Positions 30,539 to 41,471 are shown, counted from the stretch's first letter. The stretch is 64,000 nt of DNA from Parcubacteria group bacterium M6-OD1-4 (GCA_003056205.1 LSNS01000019.1:5630-69629), one strand, 5' to 3'. The notes: a model not told the origin generated them from the letters alone. Numbers and translations are program-made.

Positions 30539-31817
30539 AATTCCACTCTTTTAGCTTAGTAATAACTTTCTCATTAGTTAGAATATTAGCCAAATAATTA
30601 TGATAGCCAGGCTCCGTAAACATTTTCAAAACATCCTGGTTGCCAGCATACTGTTTTTTTAATTGTTCAGTTTTCTCTTGAATTTCTTTTTCACTCGGAG
30701 AAATTTTCTCAATCGTCGCTATTTCACGAATTACTAAAGCAGATTTAACACGTTTAATCGCGTTGGGGGTTAACTCTAAAGTCAATCCTGCCCGATCTTT
30801 TTTAAGGTGTTTTAAATAATCTTCAAATTTACCACCTTGCTGAGTAACACTTTGTTCTAATTCGCTAAACATATTCTTCAATTCACCTTCAATTAATATT
30901 TCTGGTAAATCTCCAAACTTAGTATCTTGAATTATTTTATCCAAGAGCTTGGCCTCGTTTTTATTAGCGACTTGATGGCTTTTTTCATGTAAAAGGCTTT
31001 CTTTTAAATTTTTTTTCAATTCAGTTAAATCTTTAAATTGAAAAACTTTAGCAAAACTATCATCTAACTTGGGAAGAGTTCGTTGATAAACTTCTTTAAT
31101 TTTAACTTCAAATTCAACAAGTTTTCCTGCTAAATTTTTTTGATGGTGATTGTCGGGATAAGCTAAATTAAATTTCTTTAGTTCTGTTTTTCGAGCGCCG
31201 ATAATTTTCTTATCAAAGCCGGGGACAAAATAATCTTTACCAACCAACACCGCTAAACCTTGATGTTGACCATCTTCTAAAGGTACTTTATCTAAAAACA
31301 TTTTAATATCCACAATTACTTTATCACCCATTTGAACAGCTCGATCAATCAGGACTTCTGTCGCTCGTGTTTCCTGTAAACGAGTTAAAGCTTGCTCAAC
31401 TTCAGAATCAGCTATTTTTGCTTCCTCTTCTTGTAACCCTAAATCTTTATATTTTCCTAAACTAACTGCTGGTAAGAGAGAAATAGTTACTTTATACTCT
31501 AAAGGATTATTAGGAGCGAGTTTAGAAATGCTGACCTGTGGTTGGCCAATCGCTTGACGATCCATAGTATTTTTCATGATGGCCTCATCAATGGTTTTAC
31601 GAATAGCAATATTAGCCGCTTCCTCTAAAATAGTCATCTCACCAATTTTTTGTTTCAAGATATCAAGTGGCACTTTCCCAGGACGAAAACCCTCAATCTT
31701 AACCTGCTGAGAAGCTTTCTCAGCTCCCTTAGAAATATAAGGAGTAAATTCTTCAACACTTAATTCAACGGTTAACTCTAACTGCGATTTTTCTAAATCT
31801 TTTGTTGTAAACTTCAT
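30507..31817 (-). CDS. tig: Trigger factor
   Basis: GFRPGKVP ribosome-binding loop; FKBP domain. Confidence 0.96.
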   Translation of the reverse strand: MKFTTKDLEKSQLELTVELSVEEFTPYISKGAEKASQQVKIEGFRPGKVPLDILKQKIGEMTILEEAANIAIRKTIDEAIMKNTMDRQAIGQPQVSISKLAPNNPLEYKVTISLLPAVSLGKYKDLGLQEEEAKIADSEVEQALTRLQETRATEVLIDRAVQMGDKVIVDIKMFLDKVPLEDGQHQGLAVLVGKDYFVPGFDKKIIGARKTELKKFNLAYPDNHHQKNLAGKLVEFEVKIKEVYQRTLPKLDDSFAKVFQFKDLTELKKNLKESLLHEKSHQVANKNEAKLLDKIIQDTKFGDLPEILIEGELKNMFSELEQSVTQQGGKFEDYLKHLKKDRAGLTLELTPNAIKRVKSALVIREIATIEKISPSEKEIQEKTEQLKKQYAGNQDVLKMFTEPGYHNYLANILTNEKVITKLKEWNYAPISPKQKS

Positions 31818-31895
31818 AGACGATAAGCTATTTACTATTAATAAATTTAATTCAAAATGTTTCCTTACTTAATAATTTTGTTGGCTCTTACTACT

Positions 31896-33899
31896 TTACA
31901 TTAACAGGGCAACAATTAGTAAAGCAACAATATTAAGAACTTTAATCATCGGATTAATGGCAGGGCCAGCGGTATCTTTATAAGGATCACCAACAGTATC
32001 ACCAGTGACCGCCGCTTTATGAGCTTCTGAACCCTTACCTCCAAAATTTCCAGCTTCAATATATTTTTTAGCGTTATCCCAAGCTCCACCACCAGAAGTC
32101 ATGGAGATTGCGACAAATAAACCAGTGACAATGGAACCAACTAATACGCCAGCTAAGACTTTCAAGCCCAAGCCAGGACCTAATAAATTAAAACCAAAAC
32201 CAACTAAAATTGGGACCACGACGGGAATTAGAGCTGGAATAATCATTTCTTTAATAGCGGCTTTAGTAACAATATCAACAGTCCGTTTATAATTTGGTTT
32301 TTCAGTACCATCCATAATTCCTTTTTTTTCTTTAAATTGTGCTCGAACATCTTCCACCACTGAACCAGCTGTTCGCCCCACCGCTTTCATCGCCAATGCT
32401 CCAAATAAATAAGGGAGTAAAGCACCAATAAATAAACCAACTAAAACATAAGGATCATTAATCAAAAATTTAGCATTACCACCAAAACCTTTAATCTTAG
32501 AAGTAAAATCCGCAAATAAGACTAAGGCCGCTAAAGCAGCTGAACCAATAGCATAGCCTTTCGTAACTGCTTTAGTAGTATTACCAACAGCATCTAAAGG
32601 ATCCGTAATATCGCGGATGTCATCACCTAACTCGGCCATTTCAGCAATTCCTCCAGCATTATCAGTAATTGGTCCATAAGCATCAATCGTGACAATAATT
32701 CCCGCCATCGATAACATGGACATCGCCGCCACGGCAATTCCATATAATCCCGCCAAAGAATAAGCACCCAGAATTGCTAAAGAAATTGCAATAACTGGTA
32801 AAGCGGTTGCTTCCATAGAAACCGCCAAGCCCGCAATAACGTTAGTACCATGCCCAGTTTTCGAAGCTCGTGAAATACTTTTCACAGGATTATAAGCAGT
32901 AGAAGTATAGTATTCGGTAATTACTACCAATAAACCAGTCACTACTAATCCAATTAAACTAGCAAAATAGATTCTTAAACTTAAGCCACCACTAATTAAA
33001 TATTTAGTAATCGGATAAAAAGCTATACCAGCCAAGACTCCAGCAACAATCAAACCTTTGTATAAGGCTTGCATAATATTTTTATTTTTCCCGAGACGAA
33101 TGAAGAAAATTCCGATAACCGAGGAGATGATTGAAACCGCACCCAAAACTAAAGGATAAATAATAATCGTTGGATTATTAGTAAAAGTTAAAGCACCCAG
33201 AACCATCGCTGCTACTGAGGTAACGGCATAAGTTTCAAATAAATCTGCTGCCATTCCAGCACAATCTCCAACATTATCACCAACATTGTCGGCAATCACT
33301 GCTGGATTACGAGGATCATCTTCGGGAATATCAGCTTCAACTTTACCAACTAAATCAGCTCCAACATCAGCCGCTTTGGTATAAATTCCTCCTCCTAAAC
33401 GAGCAAAAATAGAAATTAATGAAGCTCCAAAAGCAAAACCAATTAAAGCGTGTAAATCATGGGTTAACAAATAAAAACCAGTTGTTCCTAATAGAGCTAA
33501 ACCAACAACCAGCATACCAGTAACACTACCACCCTTAACAGCAACATCGAGAGCTTTAGCAAGACCATGATGGGCAGCTTCAGTAGTCCGGACATTCGCT
33601 CGGACACTAACGTTCATGCCAATATATCCCGTCAAAGCTGAAAGGATTGCCCCGGTTAAAAATGCGACGGCCGTTAACCAGCCTAAAACAAAACCAATTA
33701 ATAAAAATAAAACAACCGCCACAATTGCCACTGATTTATATTGACGATTTAAAAAAGCTTTTGCTCCAGCTTGGATCGCAACGGCAATTTCTTTCATTTT
33801 GTCATTACCAGCAGGTAAGCGCATAATCATCCTAATCACAATTGCTCCATAGATTAACGCCACCAAGACACTACCAAAGATAAACAAATTTATAAGCAT
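31896..33899 (-). CDS. hppA: Membrane-bound ion-pumping pyrophosphatase (K+-independent type)
   Basis: [33 protein letters not shown]. Confidence 0.95.
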   Translation of the reverse strand: MLINLFIFGSVLVALIYGAIVIRMIMRLPAGNDKMKEIAVAIQAGAKAFLNRQYKSVAIVAVVLFLLIGFVLGWLTAVAFLTGAILSALTGYIGMNVSVRANVRTTEAAHHGLAKALDVAVKGGSVTGMLVVGLALLGTTGFYLLTHDLHALIGFAFGASLISIFARLGGGIYTKAADVGADLVGKVEADIPEDDPRNPAVIADNVGDNVGDCAGMAADLFETYAVTSVAAMVLGALTFTNNPTIIIYPLVLGAVSIISSVIGIFFIRLGKNKNIMQALYKGLIVAGVLAGIAFYPITKYLISGGLSLRIYFASLIGLVVTGLLVVITEYYTSTAYNPVKSISRASKTGHGTNVIAGLAVSMEATALPVIAISLAILGAYSLAGLYGIAVAAMSMLSMAGIIVTIDAYGPITDNAGGIAEMAELGDDIRDITDPLDAVGNTTKAVTKGYAIGSAALAALVLFADFTSKIKGFGGNAKFLINDPYVLVGLFIGALLPYLFGALAMKAVGRTAGSVVEDVRAQFKEKKGIMDGTEKPNYKRTVDIVTKAAIKEMIIPALIPVVVPILVGFGFNLLGPGLGLKVLAGVLVGSIVTGLFVAISMTSGGGAWDNAKKYIEAGNFGGKGSEAHKAAVTGDTVGDPYKDTAGPAINPMIKVLNIVALLIVALLM

Positions 33900-34000
33900 A
33901 GGTTTTAATTAAAATTTGGGATTCTATAAATTTTTAAATAATAATTTAACGAACCCGAAATCTATAAAAATTATTAAATATTTTTAAATTTAAACTATTT

Positions 34001-35488
34001 TTATTTTTCATCTTCAGACGGACCTTCTTCTAATTCTTTATTTTTCTCTTTTGAACTAGTTTTAACCTTCTCGTCTTTTTCTTTTGAATCAGTGTCAATT
34101 TTTTTCTCTTTTTTTAACTTTTGATCCTTTTTCCCTTTCTTTTTTTCTATTTGTTCCTGATCTTCTGCTTGGTCGTCATTATTTTTCGCTTCCTCCTGTT
34201 CGCTAAGTTTCGCTTCTTGAAGAATTTTATTTTCAGCAGTTAATTCTAAAGTTTCTTCGTTAATTTCCAAAACTTTTTTATCTCCAATTGGAGAAGCCTC
34301 AATAATATCAATTTTCCAATCAGTTAGACGTGCCGCTAAGCGAACATTTTGTCCGGCTTTACCAATTGCTAAAGACAATTTATCAGAATCAACTTTAACT
34401 AAAGCTTTGTGTTCGGCCTCATCTAGTTCAATAGAAATTACTTTAGCAGGAGCTAAAGCATTGGTAATGAATTTAACAGGATCTTCATTATATTCAATAA
34501 TATCTATTTTTTCTCCTCCTAATTCACTAATAATGGTCTGTACTCGTGATCCTCGTTGTCCGACGCAAGAACCAACTGGATCAACATTTTCGGCGTCAGT
34601 CCAAATCGCCACCTTAGAACGAGAGCCAGCTTCACGAGCAACAGCTTTAATTTCTACCAAACCACTAGCGATTTCTGGTATTTCTAAATAAAATATTTTT
34701 CGTAAAATTTCATCACTCCTTCGTGACAAAATAATTTCTGGACCACGATGTCCTTCACGAACTTCTTTCACAAAAACTTTAATGCGATCATTAGGATTAT
34801 AGGCCTCAGTACGAATTTGTTCTTCGGCGGGTAATAAACCAATGGCTTTGCCGAGATCAACAAAAACATAACGACCCTCCCGTCGTTGAACTACTCCAGA
34901 AACCACTTCTTTTTCCTTGCTCTTAAATTCACTAAAAATCATATCTCGTTCCATTTCTCGAAGTTTTTGAATAATAACTTGTTTAGCAGTTTGAGCGGCC
35001 ATTCGTCCATAACTTTCGGGAATTGGTAATTCAGTCATTAATTCATCGCCAATTTTTGCTCCAAATTTTAAAATTTGAGCTTCTTTAACTTGAATATCAG
35101 TTTTCGGGTTAAATCTCTTTTTTACTTCTACTTCTTCTTCGTCTTCATTGACTGTTTCTTTGGATGAATCTGAATTATCAGCAGGAACGGGCTTAGAGGA
35201 AACAGCGGAAACTTCCTGGCGCTTAAATTCTTTAGAGTCTGGGTGATATAGATTTTCTAACATCTCTTGCTCTTCTTCTGCGGGTAAATCTTCAACAACT
35301 GTTTTTAAATCAAAAATCTGTGAACTCCCAGTTTCAGGGTCAAATTTAACTTGAATATTTTGATTACGTTCACCATAATCTTTACGATAGGCAGCGGCCA
35401 AGGCTAACTCGACCGCAGAAATAACTGATTGATAATCAAGATTTTTTTCTTCACAGAGTTGCTTAATAGCAGCACTAATTTCCGACAT
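34001..35488 (-). CDS. nusA: Transcription termination factor NusA
   Basis: GRMAAQTAKQVI, S1 and KH domains, AIGKAGQNVRLA; charged tail. Confidence 0.97.
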   Translation of the reverse strand: MSEISAAIKQLCEEKNLDYQSVISAVELALAAAYRKDYGERNQNIQVKFDPETGSSQIFDLKTVVEDLPAEEEQEMLENLYHPDSKEFKRQEVSAVSSKPVPADNSDSSKETVNEDEEEVEVKKRFNPKTDIQVKEAQILKFGAKIGDELMTELPIPESYGRMAAQTAKQVIIQKLREMERDMIFSEFKSKEKEVVSGVVQRREGRYVFVDLGKAIGLLPAEEQIRTEAYNPNDRIKVFVKEVREGHRGPEIILSRRSDEILRKIFYLEIPEIASGLVEIKAVAREAGSRSKVAIWTDAENVDPVGSCVGQRGSRVQTIISELGGEKIDIIEYNEDPVKFITNALAPAKVISIELDEAEHKALVKVDSDKLSLAIGKAGQNVRLAARLTDWKIDIIEASPIGDKKVLEINEETLELTAENKILQEAKLSEQEEAKNNDDQAEDQEQIEKKKGKKDQKLKKEKKIDTDSKEKDEKVKTSSKEKNKELEEGPSEDEK

Positions 35489-35513
35489 ATTTTTATTTCT
35501 TAAAAATTAAGAC

Positions 35514-35579
35514 AAAAAGCTAACCGTAAGAACAATTAGCTTTCTATGTTTAGTATAGCATCTTAATATTTTTTGTCAA
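35514..35579 (-). promoter_or_regulatory. nusA promoter and leader terminator hairpin
   Basis: TTGACA-16-(TGC)TATACT followed by an AAAGCUAA...UUAGCUUUUU hairpin. Confidence 0.6.
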
Positions 35580-35610
35580 AACTAATTTATCCTATAATTA
35601 TTTAATAATT

Positions 35611-36045
35611 TTATCTACCCATCGGGCACCAACTGGAAACAATTGCTCCATTAGCGGCCCGACTTAACGAACAGAAAGAATAACGGGTAATTCCCCAGGC
35701 CATCAAAATAATTATTAGACCAATAACAGCATTTCGTAATAATTTTAAAGCTTCGGAGGTTTTTTCTTCATTGCCAGCAGCTGTCATATACTTAAAACCA
35801 GCAAAAATTATTAAAACGATGAAAATAATCCCCATGAAACTTAAAGCAATATTAATTATTTTAGCAATCGTCGTGCGAATATCGGGTTGAGAATTCCCAC
35901 CATAAACAGCGCTAATTTCATTAATTCCAGTTTGACCGCTTAACAAACTACTGTCAGCTCGGAGAACAGAGAACGGGGTGAATAACAAGAAAGCTCCAAG
36001 CAACAGAGTAAGAACAATAACAGAATATTTTTTAGAGATTACCAT
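35611..36045 (-). CDS. Pilin-like protein (TrbC/VirB2-like, CPR type)
   Basis: Signal peptide; IIFAGFKYMTAAGNEEKTSEALKLLRNAVIGLIII. Confidence 0.8.
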   Translation of the reverse strand: MVISKKYSVIVLTLLLGAFLLFTPFSVLRADSSLLSGQTGINEISAVYGGNSQPDIRTTIAKIINIALSFMGIIFIVLIIFAGFKYMTAAGNEEKTSEALKLLRNAVIGLIIILMAWGITRYSFCSLSRAANGAIVSSWCPMGR

Positions 36046-36108
36046 ATATATGATATAATTATATTAGACTTTAATATTATATAAAAATCCCCTTAAAAAT
36101 ACAAGAAA

Positions 36109-37584
36109 ATGAGCTTAACAAAAAAAGTTGCTCACAATACTCTCATCCAAATTATTGGTAAAATCATTTCCACCATCCTCGGTCTTTTTGTTATTGCTTT
36201 TATTACTCGTTATTTAGGACGAACCGGTTTTGGACAATATACAACCATTATCACTTTTCTAGGTTTCTTTGCGATCATGGCTGACTTTGGCTTAACCTTA
36301 GTCACGGTCCAAATGATTAGTGGCGAACGAATCGCTGAAAATAAGATTTTGAATAATCTTTTTGGCTTTCGTTTAACTTCTGGATTGTTCTTTCTAATCC
36401 TCGCCCCCTTAACAGTTTTTTTCTTTCCCTATAGCTTAACAATAAAATTAGGTGTCATAATTACTTTTATTGCCTTCTTGTTTCCAGCACTGAATCAAAT
36501 TATTATTGGCCTTTTTCAAAAAAAACTGAGCATGGAAAGAAATGCCGTTGCGGAAGTAGCGAGTCGCATCGTGTTGCTGTTAGGGGTAATTGCAACTGAA
36601 AAATTTCAATTTGGTTTAACTGGTATTTTATTAAGTACCGTCGCCTCCACTCTAACAAGCTTTATTTTTAATTATCTTTTTTCTCTAAAATTTACCACCA
36701 TTAAACCAGCCTTTGACTGGCTCATCTGGAAAAAAATTATTACTAAATCTTGGCCACTAGCAATTACTATTGTTTTGAATTTAATTTATTTACGAGCAGA
36801 TATTTTGCTCTTATCTTTATTTCGTAGTGAAGCGGAGGTTGGTTTGTATGGAGCAACTTACAAAATAGTGGACGTCTTAACCGCTATTCCCTTCATGTTT
36901 GCTGGTTTAATTTTACCAATTTTGAGTAAAGCTTGGTCTAAAAATAACCAAAAATATTTTCGTCATGTCTTGCAAAAATCTTTTGATTTTATGGCTATTT
37001 TAACCATTCCCTTGCTCGTTGGTGCACAATTTTTAAGTCGGTCGGTAATGTCTTTTGTGGGTGGAGCAGCTTTTGCCGCTTCAGGAATAATTCTCCAAGT
37101 TCTAATTTTTGCAGTCGGGGCAGTTTTCTTGGGAACAATTTTTTCTCACGCCATAATTGCTTTAAACAAACAAAAAACTATGATTGGTTTTTATGTTTTC
37201 ACAAGCGTTACCTCTTTAATCGCCTATCTAATTCTTATCCCTCGTTTCTCTTATTTAGGAGCCGCCGCCGTAACAATTTATAGCGAAGTTTTAATTGCTA
37301 TCTTTTCCGCTTATTGTGTTTGGAAATATAGTAAATTCTTGCCACAACTAAAAATAATGTTTAAATCAATAATTAGTGGTTTGGTGATGGGTGCTTTCCT
37401 GTACTTTTTTACAAAAACCTATCAAACTACCTTAGGAGGTTTAAGTTTATTAATTATCGTATCCAGTTTAATTTATTTTCTTGCCCTCTTCCTGCTAAAA
37501 GGAATTAAGCGCCAAGATTTGGCAACCGTTTTAAAACATCAAGATAAAAATATTGGACCAAGCTATCATGGTCCTCAACTCTAA
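36109..37584 (+). CDS. Polysaccharide flippase (Wzx/MOP family)
   Basis: RYLG..GFGQY, DFGL, VGLYGATYK; many TMs. Confidence 0.88.
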   Translation: MSLTKKVAHNTLIQIIGKIISTILGLFVIAFITRYLGRTGFGQYTTIITFLGFFAIMADFGLTLVTVQMISGERIAENKILNNLFGFRLTSGLFFLILAPLTVFFFPYSLTIKLGVIITFIAFLFPALNQIIIGLFQKKLSMERNAVAEVASRIVLLLGVIATEKFQFGLTGILLSTVASTLTSFIFNYLFSLKFTTIKPAFDWLIWKKIITKSWPLAITIVLNLIYLRADILLLSLFRSEAEVGLYGATYKIVDVLTAIPFMFAGLILPILSKAWSKNNQKYFRHVLQKSFDFMAILTIPLLVGAQFLSRSVMSFVGGAAFAASGIILQVLIFAVGAVFLGTIFSHAIIALNKQKTMIGFYVFTSVTSLIAYLILIPRFSYLGAAAVTIYSEVLIAIFSAYCVWKYSKFLPQLKIMFKSIISGLVMGAFLYFFTKTYQTTLGGLSLLIIVSSLIYFLALFLLKGIKRQDLATVLKHQDKNIGPSYHGPQL

Positions 37585-37587
37585 AAT

Positions 37588-38361
37588 ATGAATTTAAATC
37601 CAATTTTAAAACCAAAAATAATTGCAAAGACTAAAGACTATATTGTCATTAATAAACCCGCTGGCCTGGCTGTCCACGGCGGAGGAAATTTAAAGGGTCC
37701 AACATTAGCGGATTGGCTATTAGCGACTTATCCACAAATTAAAACTGTTGGTGATGACCCTAGTCGCCCAGGACTAGTCCACCGCCTTGATAAAGATGTT
37801 AGCGGTTTAATGGTTATTGCTCTTAATAATCAAAGCTTCTTAAATTTAAAAAATCAATTTAAAAATAGAACTATTGTTAAAAAATATACTGCGCTGGTTT
37901 ATGGCCGGGTTGCTCAAGATGAAGGAATAATTAATTGGCCAATTACCCGGTCAAAATTAGGTTATCGCATGGCGGCTTTGCCAACAAATACTAGTGAGCT
38001 GTTGCGACGACGTCATCCTCGAGGACGAGATCAAGGGAATATTAGTAGTTGGTTCAAATCTCGTGAAGCTTATACTGAATTTGATGTTCTGCAGAGATTT
38101 GTTAATTACACTTTGTTAAAAGTGAGAATTAAAACCGGACGAACACATCAAATTCGCGTTCATTTTTTTGCTTATGGACACCCCCTGGTTGGCGATCCTC
38201 TATATCATACTCGAAAAACTAAGATGAAAAATGAAAAACTACAACTGAAACGGATTTTTCTAGTGGCAGATTATTTAAGTTTTAAAACCTTGTCAAAAAA
38301 AACAGAAAGCTTTATAATAGACTTACCAGATGAATTACAAAAAGTCCTTCCTCGTCACTAA
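37588..38361 (+). CDS. RluA/RluD-family pseudouridine synthase
   Basis: NKPAGL, VHRLDKDVSG, TGRTHQIRVH, GDPLY. Confidence 0.93.
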   Translation: MNLNPILKPKIIAKTKDYIVINKPAGLAVHGGGNLKGPTLADWLLATYPQIKTVGDDPSRPGLVHRLDKDVSGLMVIALNNQSFLNLKNQFKNRTIVKKYTALVYGRVAQDEGIINWPITRSKLGYRMAALPTNTSELLRRRHPRGRDQGNISSWFKSREAYTEFDVLQRFVNYTLLKVRIKTGRTHQIRVHFFAYGHPLVGDPLYHTRKTKMKNEKLQLKRIFLVADYLSFKTLSKKTESFIIDLPDELQKVLPRH

Positions 38362-38408
38362 AAATTAATTCTAAATAAAAATCTAATAAAACTGTAATTT
38401 CAAAAAAT

Positions 38409-39449
38409 ATGAAAAATATCGTCGAAACAATCTTTGGTCGTAAAAACTTTTTGAAGATTAGTTTACCAATTTTATTAATTATCGCTTTAATAATTATTGG
38501 ACTCTTTTCTTTTCAAAAACCCAGGACGACTACTTTAACTCCTAATCAAGCAAAGACCCGGACTGAAAACTTTATCAACAAATTTCTTATGCGGAGCGGT
38601 AATACGGCAACTATTAAAAGTGTGAGTACAGAATATGGTCTCTACAAATTAAACATTAAATTAGCTAGTAGTGATGTTAATTCTTATTTAACAAAAGATG
38701 GAAAATTATTTTTCCCACAAGCTTTAAATATTGATCAAATTACTGCAAAAGCCAGTAAGGCTCAACCTTCTGCTCCCAAAGCGGTATCGGCGACAGTGAA
38801 ACTTAAAAATGATAAACCTAATGTTGATTTATTTGTAATGAGTTATTGCCCTTATGGCACACAAATTGAAAAAGGTATTTTACCCGTTCTATCAACTCTC
38901 GGTAAAACAATTAATTTCCGTTTACAATTCGTAAATTATTCTATGCATGGACCAAAAGAGTTAACAGAAAATATTAGACAATATTGTATTCAAAAAAATG
39001 AACCACAAAAGTTAGACAACTACTTAAGCTGTTTCTTGCAAGCAGGTGATTCTAGCTCTTGTATTGGTTCTACGGGAATTAATAAGGTTCAATTAGCTAG
39101 TTGTGTATCAAGCACCAATCAAAAGTATAAAATAACTAGTAACGCTAAGAATCATATTAACTACCGCGGTAATTACCCTAGTTTTCCAATTGATCAAGCT
39201 GACAATGTAAAATATGGCGTTCTTGGTTCACCGACCTTAATTATCAATGGTCAACAGGTTAGTAGTAACCGTGATTCCGCTTCGCTCTTGAAAACAATTT
39301 GTAGTGCTTTTAAATCACAACCAAAAGAATGTCAAACAGTTTTGTCTAGTGTTTCTCCAGCGCCTGGTTTAGGAACTGCTCCAGCCGCTACTCCAACAAC
39401 AGCTAATCAGGCGCCAGCTTCTTCTGGCAGCGCAAGTTGTGGAGGATAA
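38409..39449 (+). CDS. Membrane-anchored thioredoxin-fold protein (DsbA/GILT-like)
   Basis: N-terminal TM, FVMSYCPYG, MHG..E, GSPTLIING cis-Pro loop, several Cys. Confidence 0.7.
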   Translation: MKNIVETIFGRKNFLKISLPILLIIALIIIGLFSFQKPRTTTLTPNQAKTRTENFINKFLMRSGNTATIKSVSTEYGLYKLNIKLASSDVNSYLTKDGKLFFPQALNIDQITAKASKAQPSAPKAVSATVKLKNDKPNVDLFVMSYCPYGTQIEKGILPVLSTLGKTINFRLQFVNYSMHGPKELTENIRQYCIQKNEPQKLDNYLSCFLQAGDSSSCIGSTGINKVQLASCVSSTNQKYKITSNAKNHINYRGNYPSFPIDQADNVKYGVLGSPTLIINGQQVSSNRDSASLLKTICSAFKSQPKECQTVLSSVSPAPGLGTAPAATPTTANQAPASSGSASCGG

Positions 39450-39475
39450 TTTAATATAAGCAAATTTAAAGATAT

Positions 39476-39506
39476 AAAAAACCTCTCAGTTTTAGAGAGG
39501 TTTTTT
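39476..39506. terminator. Bidirectional terminator
   Basis: AAAAAACCTCTC/GAGAGGTTTTTT between convergent genes. Confidence 0.75.
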
Positions 39507-39545
39507 ATTAAGATATTTTCCAATTTTTAGAAAGCTGGCTGCTAA

Positions 39546-40769
39546 TTAAATTTTTCCTCGCCACTTCTCAGCAACTAAAATTTTCTGAACCGCCAAACTA
39601 TAGGCCGCTTGTCGTAAACTCCTAACCGCTTCTTGTCCAGAATATTTATCATAAACTCTTTGCCAAGAATTAATCATTTTTTTCTGTAATAAATTACGTA
39701 GATATTCTTCAGCTAAAATTTGACCCGTGCGATTTTGTGCCCATTCAAAATAACTGACAATCACTCCACCAGAATTTGCTAAAATATCGGGGACAATCGT
39801 TTTGTGATTAGCAATTAGAATTTGATCAGCTTCATTGTCAATGGGACCATTAGCTAACTCTATTAAATAAGGAGCTTTGATTTGTTGAGCATTATCCTTG
39901 GTAATTTGATTTTCCAAAGCAGCTAAGACTAAAATATCAACATCTAATTCTAATAATTCAGCATTGGATATTTTTTCTCCACTAGTCCAATTATGGACAC
40001 TCTGTTTCTGAGCTTTGAAAGTTATTAAGCTGGGAATATCTAAACCAGTCTCTTGATAAATTCCTCCTTGACTATCAGAAACAGCGACAACCTGATAATG
40101 AGCTTTAAATAATTTCTCAGCCATTACTAAGCCCGCATTGCCAAAGCCCTGAATTGCTACTTTTAGTTCTTTCTTATTGATTATTTTCTTGGCTAATTCT
40201 TGAGTAAGTAAATAGCCTCCTTCGGCAGTGGCATCAGCTCGCATTGTTAAGCCCCCTAATTCTACTGGCTTACCAGTAATCATTCCTGGTTCGTGATGAC
40301 CAGCCCGCTGTTCAAACTCATCAAGCATCCAAGACATAACCTGGCTATTAGTATAGACATCAGGAGCGGGGATATCTTTGTCTTGTCCAATAAAATTATA
40401 AAAATAATCAATATATTTCCGACTAATCACTTCTAATTCTTCTAGACTAACTTCTTTAGGATTAAATTTTATTCCTCCTTTAGCCCCACCATAAGGAATA
40501 TTGGCCAAAGAGTTTTTTAGAGACATCCAAAAAGCCAAAGACTTAACTTCATCTTCGCTAACTTCTGGGTGAAATCTGATTCCCCCTTTACCGGGACCTA
40601 AAGCCCGATTATAAACAATACGCCAAGCCGGAAATTTATGTCCAGCAATATCTAATTCTGTATAATTTGTTTGGGCTGGTTCTAAGAGAACCGCCAACTC
40701 TTCATCTTTAATATTCTCGAGAGTCTGAATCTCTCTTAATCTTATTAAATTGTCATCAAAAATACTCAT
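39546..40769 (-). CDS. gdhA: Glu/Leu/Phe/Val dehydrogenase (glutamate dehydrogenase)
   Basis: GPGKGGIRF, GGAKGG, DIPAPDV, QGFGNAG, VSYFEW. Confidence 0.9.
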   Translation of the reverse strand: MSIFDDNLIRLREIQTLENIKDEELAVLLEPAQTNYTELDIAGHKFPAWRIVYNRALGPGKGGIRFHPEVSEDEVKSLAFWMSLKNSLANIPYGGAKGGIKFNPKEVSLEELEVISRKYIDYFYNFIGQDKDIPAPDVYTNSQVMSWMLDEFEQRAGHHEPGMITGKPVELGGLTMRADATAEGGYLLTQELAKKIINKKELKVAIQGFGNAGLVMAEKLFKAHYQVVAVSDSQGGIYQETGLDIPSLITFKAQKQSVHNWTSGEKISNAELLELDVDILVLAALENQITKDNAQQIKAPYLIELANGPIDNEADQILIANHKTIVPDILANSGGVIVSYFEWAQNRTGQILAEEYLRNLLQKKMINSWQRVYDKYSGQEAVRSLRQAAYSLAVQKILVAEKWRGKI

Positions 40770-40809
40770 AGCATTAAAAATTCTTAGTTTCGATACGAAC
40801 GAAGCTTTT

Positions 40810-41142
40810 TTATTTTAGAAAAGCTTCAATCTCACCCTTTAAAGTTTCTTTATTGCGTAAACCAATAAACTCAGCAATTATTTTACCGTCTTTAAATAAT
40901 TTCATATTAGGGATGCTTTGAATCTGGTATTGAATGGCTAATTCTTGATTCTCACCATCTTCAGTGTTGACCTTAGCAACCTTAATCTTGTCAGCCATAT
41001 CTACAGATAGTTCATCAAGAGTGGGGGCCATCATCCGACACGGCATACACCATGGTGCCCAAAAATCTACTAAAATTGGTAACTCGCTTTTTAAGACTTG
41101 CGCTGAAAAATCAGCCTTATTGACGTTTAAAACGTTAGACAT
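40810..41142 (-). CDS. trxA: Thioredoxin
   Basis: DFWAPWCMPC, SIP. Confidence 0.93.
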   Translation of the reverse strand: MSNVLNVNKADFSAQVLKSELPILVDFWAPWCMPCRMMAPTLDELSVDMADKIKVAKVNTEDGENQELAIQYQIQSIPNMKLFKDGKIIAEFIGLRNKETLKGEIEAFLK

Positions 41143-41170
41143 AGTTTTTTTTAATTATTTAATTAGCTTT

Positions 41171-41413
41171 TTATTTTTTAATTATTTCTTTAAATATTTT
41201 TTCAATTTTTTCTTTATTTCCAGGTGAAGAATTTGATAAACAACGATCAAATTCCTCATGGACAATTTTATTCATCACAGAAGAAATCGCTGATTTAGTA
41301 GCCTTAAACTGCATCAGAATCGATAAACAATCCCACTGTTCATCAGCAAGCATCTTTTTACTACCCTCTAATTGACCAATAATATTATTAATGCGTTGTT
41401 CAATGGTTTTCAT
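41171..41413 (-). CDS. CsoR/RcnR-family regulator
   Basis: RINNIIGQLEG...DC...Q..A; start likely MKTIEQ at 41413. Confidence 0.82.
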   Translation of the reverse strand: MKTIEQRINNIIGQLEGSKKMLADEQWDCLSILMQFKATKSAISSVMNKIVHEEFDRCLSNSSPGNKEKIEKIFKEIIKK

Positions 41414-41420
41414 AATTTTA

Positions 41421-41448
41421 ACTATAACACACCCCTTGGGGGTGTCAA
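41421..41448 (-). promoter_or_regulatory. Promoter with CsoR-type G/C-tract operator
   Basis: TTGACA-16-TATAGT with palindrome ACACCCC-TTG-GGGGTGT (41429-41445) in the spacer. Confidence 0.75.
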
Positions 41449-41471
41449 GCAATTAAGAATGATAGATTTAA

